Assembly (NCBI GenBank): GCA_047601445.1
Contig: JASGJH010000001.1
Location: 5,440,001 to 5,504,000 of the forward strand
Length of the DNA: 64,000 nt
Reading direction: 5' to 3'
DNA from: Myxococcales bacterium
GTDB lineage: Bacteria > Myxococcota_A > Polyangia > Polyangiales > DASUME01
Positions 63,989-64,000 of the stretch are shown here, one piece after another. Position 1 is the first letter of the stretch, and every line of letters starts with the position of its first letter. The notes below the pieces were generated by a model. That model was given only the letters and a program-made list of their open reading frames with translations. It was not told the origin of the DNA and searched no databases. The position numbers and the translations under genes were made by a program.

Positions 63989-64000
63989 GCATCTACAACT

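Overview
GC-rich window with a gene repertoire typical of a myxobacterium (Myxococcota, probably Polyangiales-like; taxonomy inferred). It has many Cys-rich lipoproteins, a MYXO-CTERM-like tail, STAS/SEC14-like proteins and large hybrid kinases. Recognisable genes: family-1 glycosyltransferase, argJ, a DMT transporter, tamA/tamB, a Suv3-like helicase, an NRDE protein, a START protein, an orphan CzcA/CusA pump with a divergent two-component system, a CPA2 antiporter, rtcR-rtcB-rtcA, an SPFH/slipin protein, MYG1, a 2029-aa Ser/Thr-kinase/AAA/GAF/His-kinase hybrid, a GNAT, type-2 ileS and a flavodoxin-fold oxidoreductase. Three stretches stand out. (1) The sigma-54/RtcR RNA-repair operon contains a ~740-nt non-coding cassette between rtcA and the slipin gene. 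The cassette has a boxA-like antitermination motif, a tRNA-His(GUG), a circularly permuted YrlA-type tRNA mimic and further hairpin domains, with no Ro60/Rsr gene in the window. (2) At 3.07-3.78 kb there are two oppositely oriented copies of a ~167-nt core (~88% identical), each enclosed by its own different 38-bp inverted repeat, a retron-ncRNA-like or MITE-like layout. (3) Two tandem, near-identical double-glycine-leader peptide genes with a beta-strand-patterned core lie just downstream of an ECF sigma factor with a STAS/SEC14-like C-terminal extension. All calls come from reading the sequence; no database searches were run.
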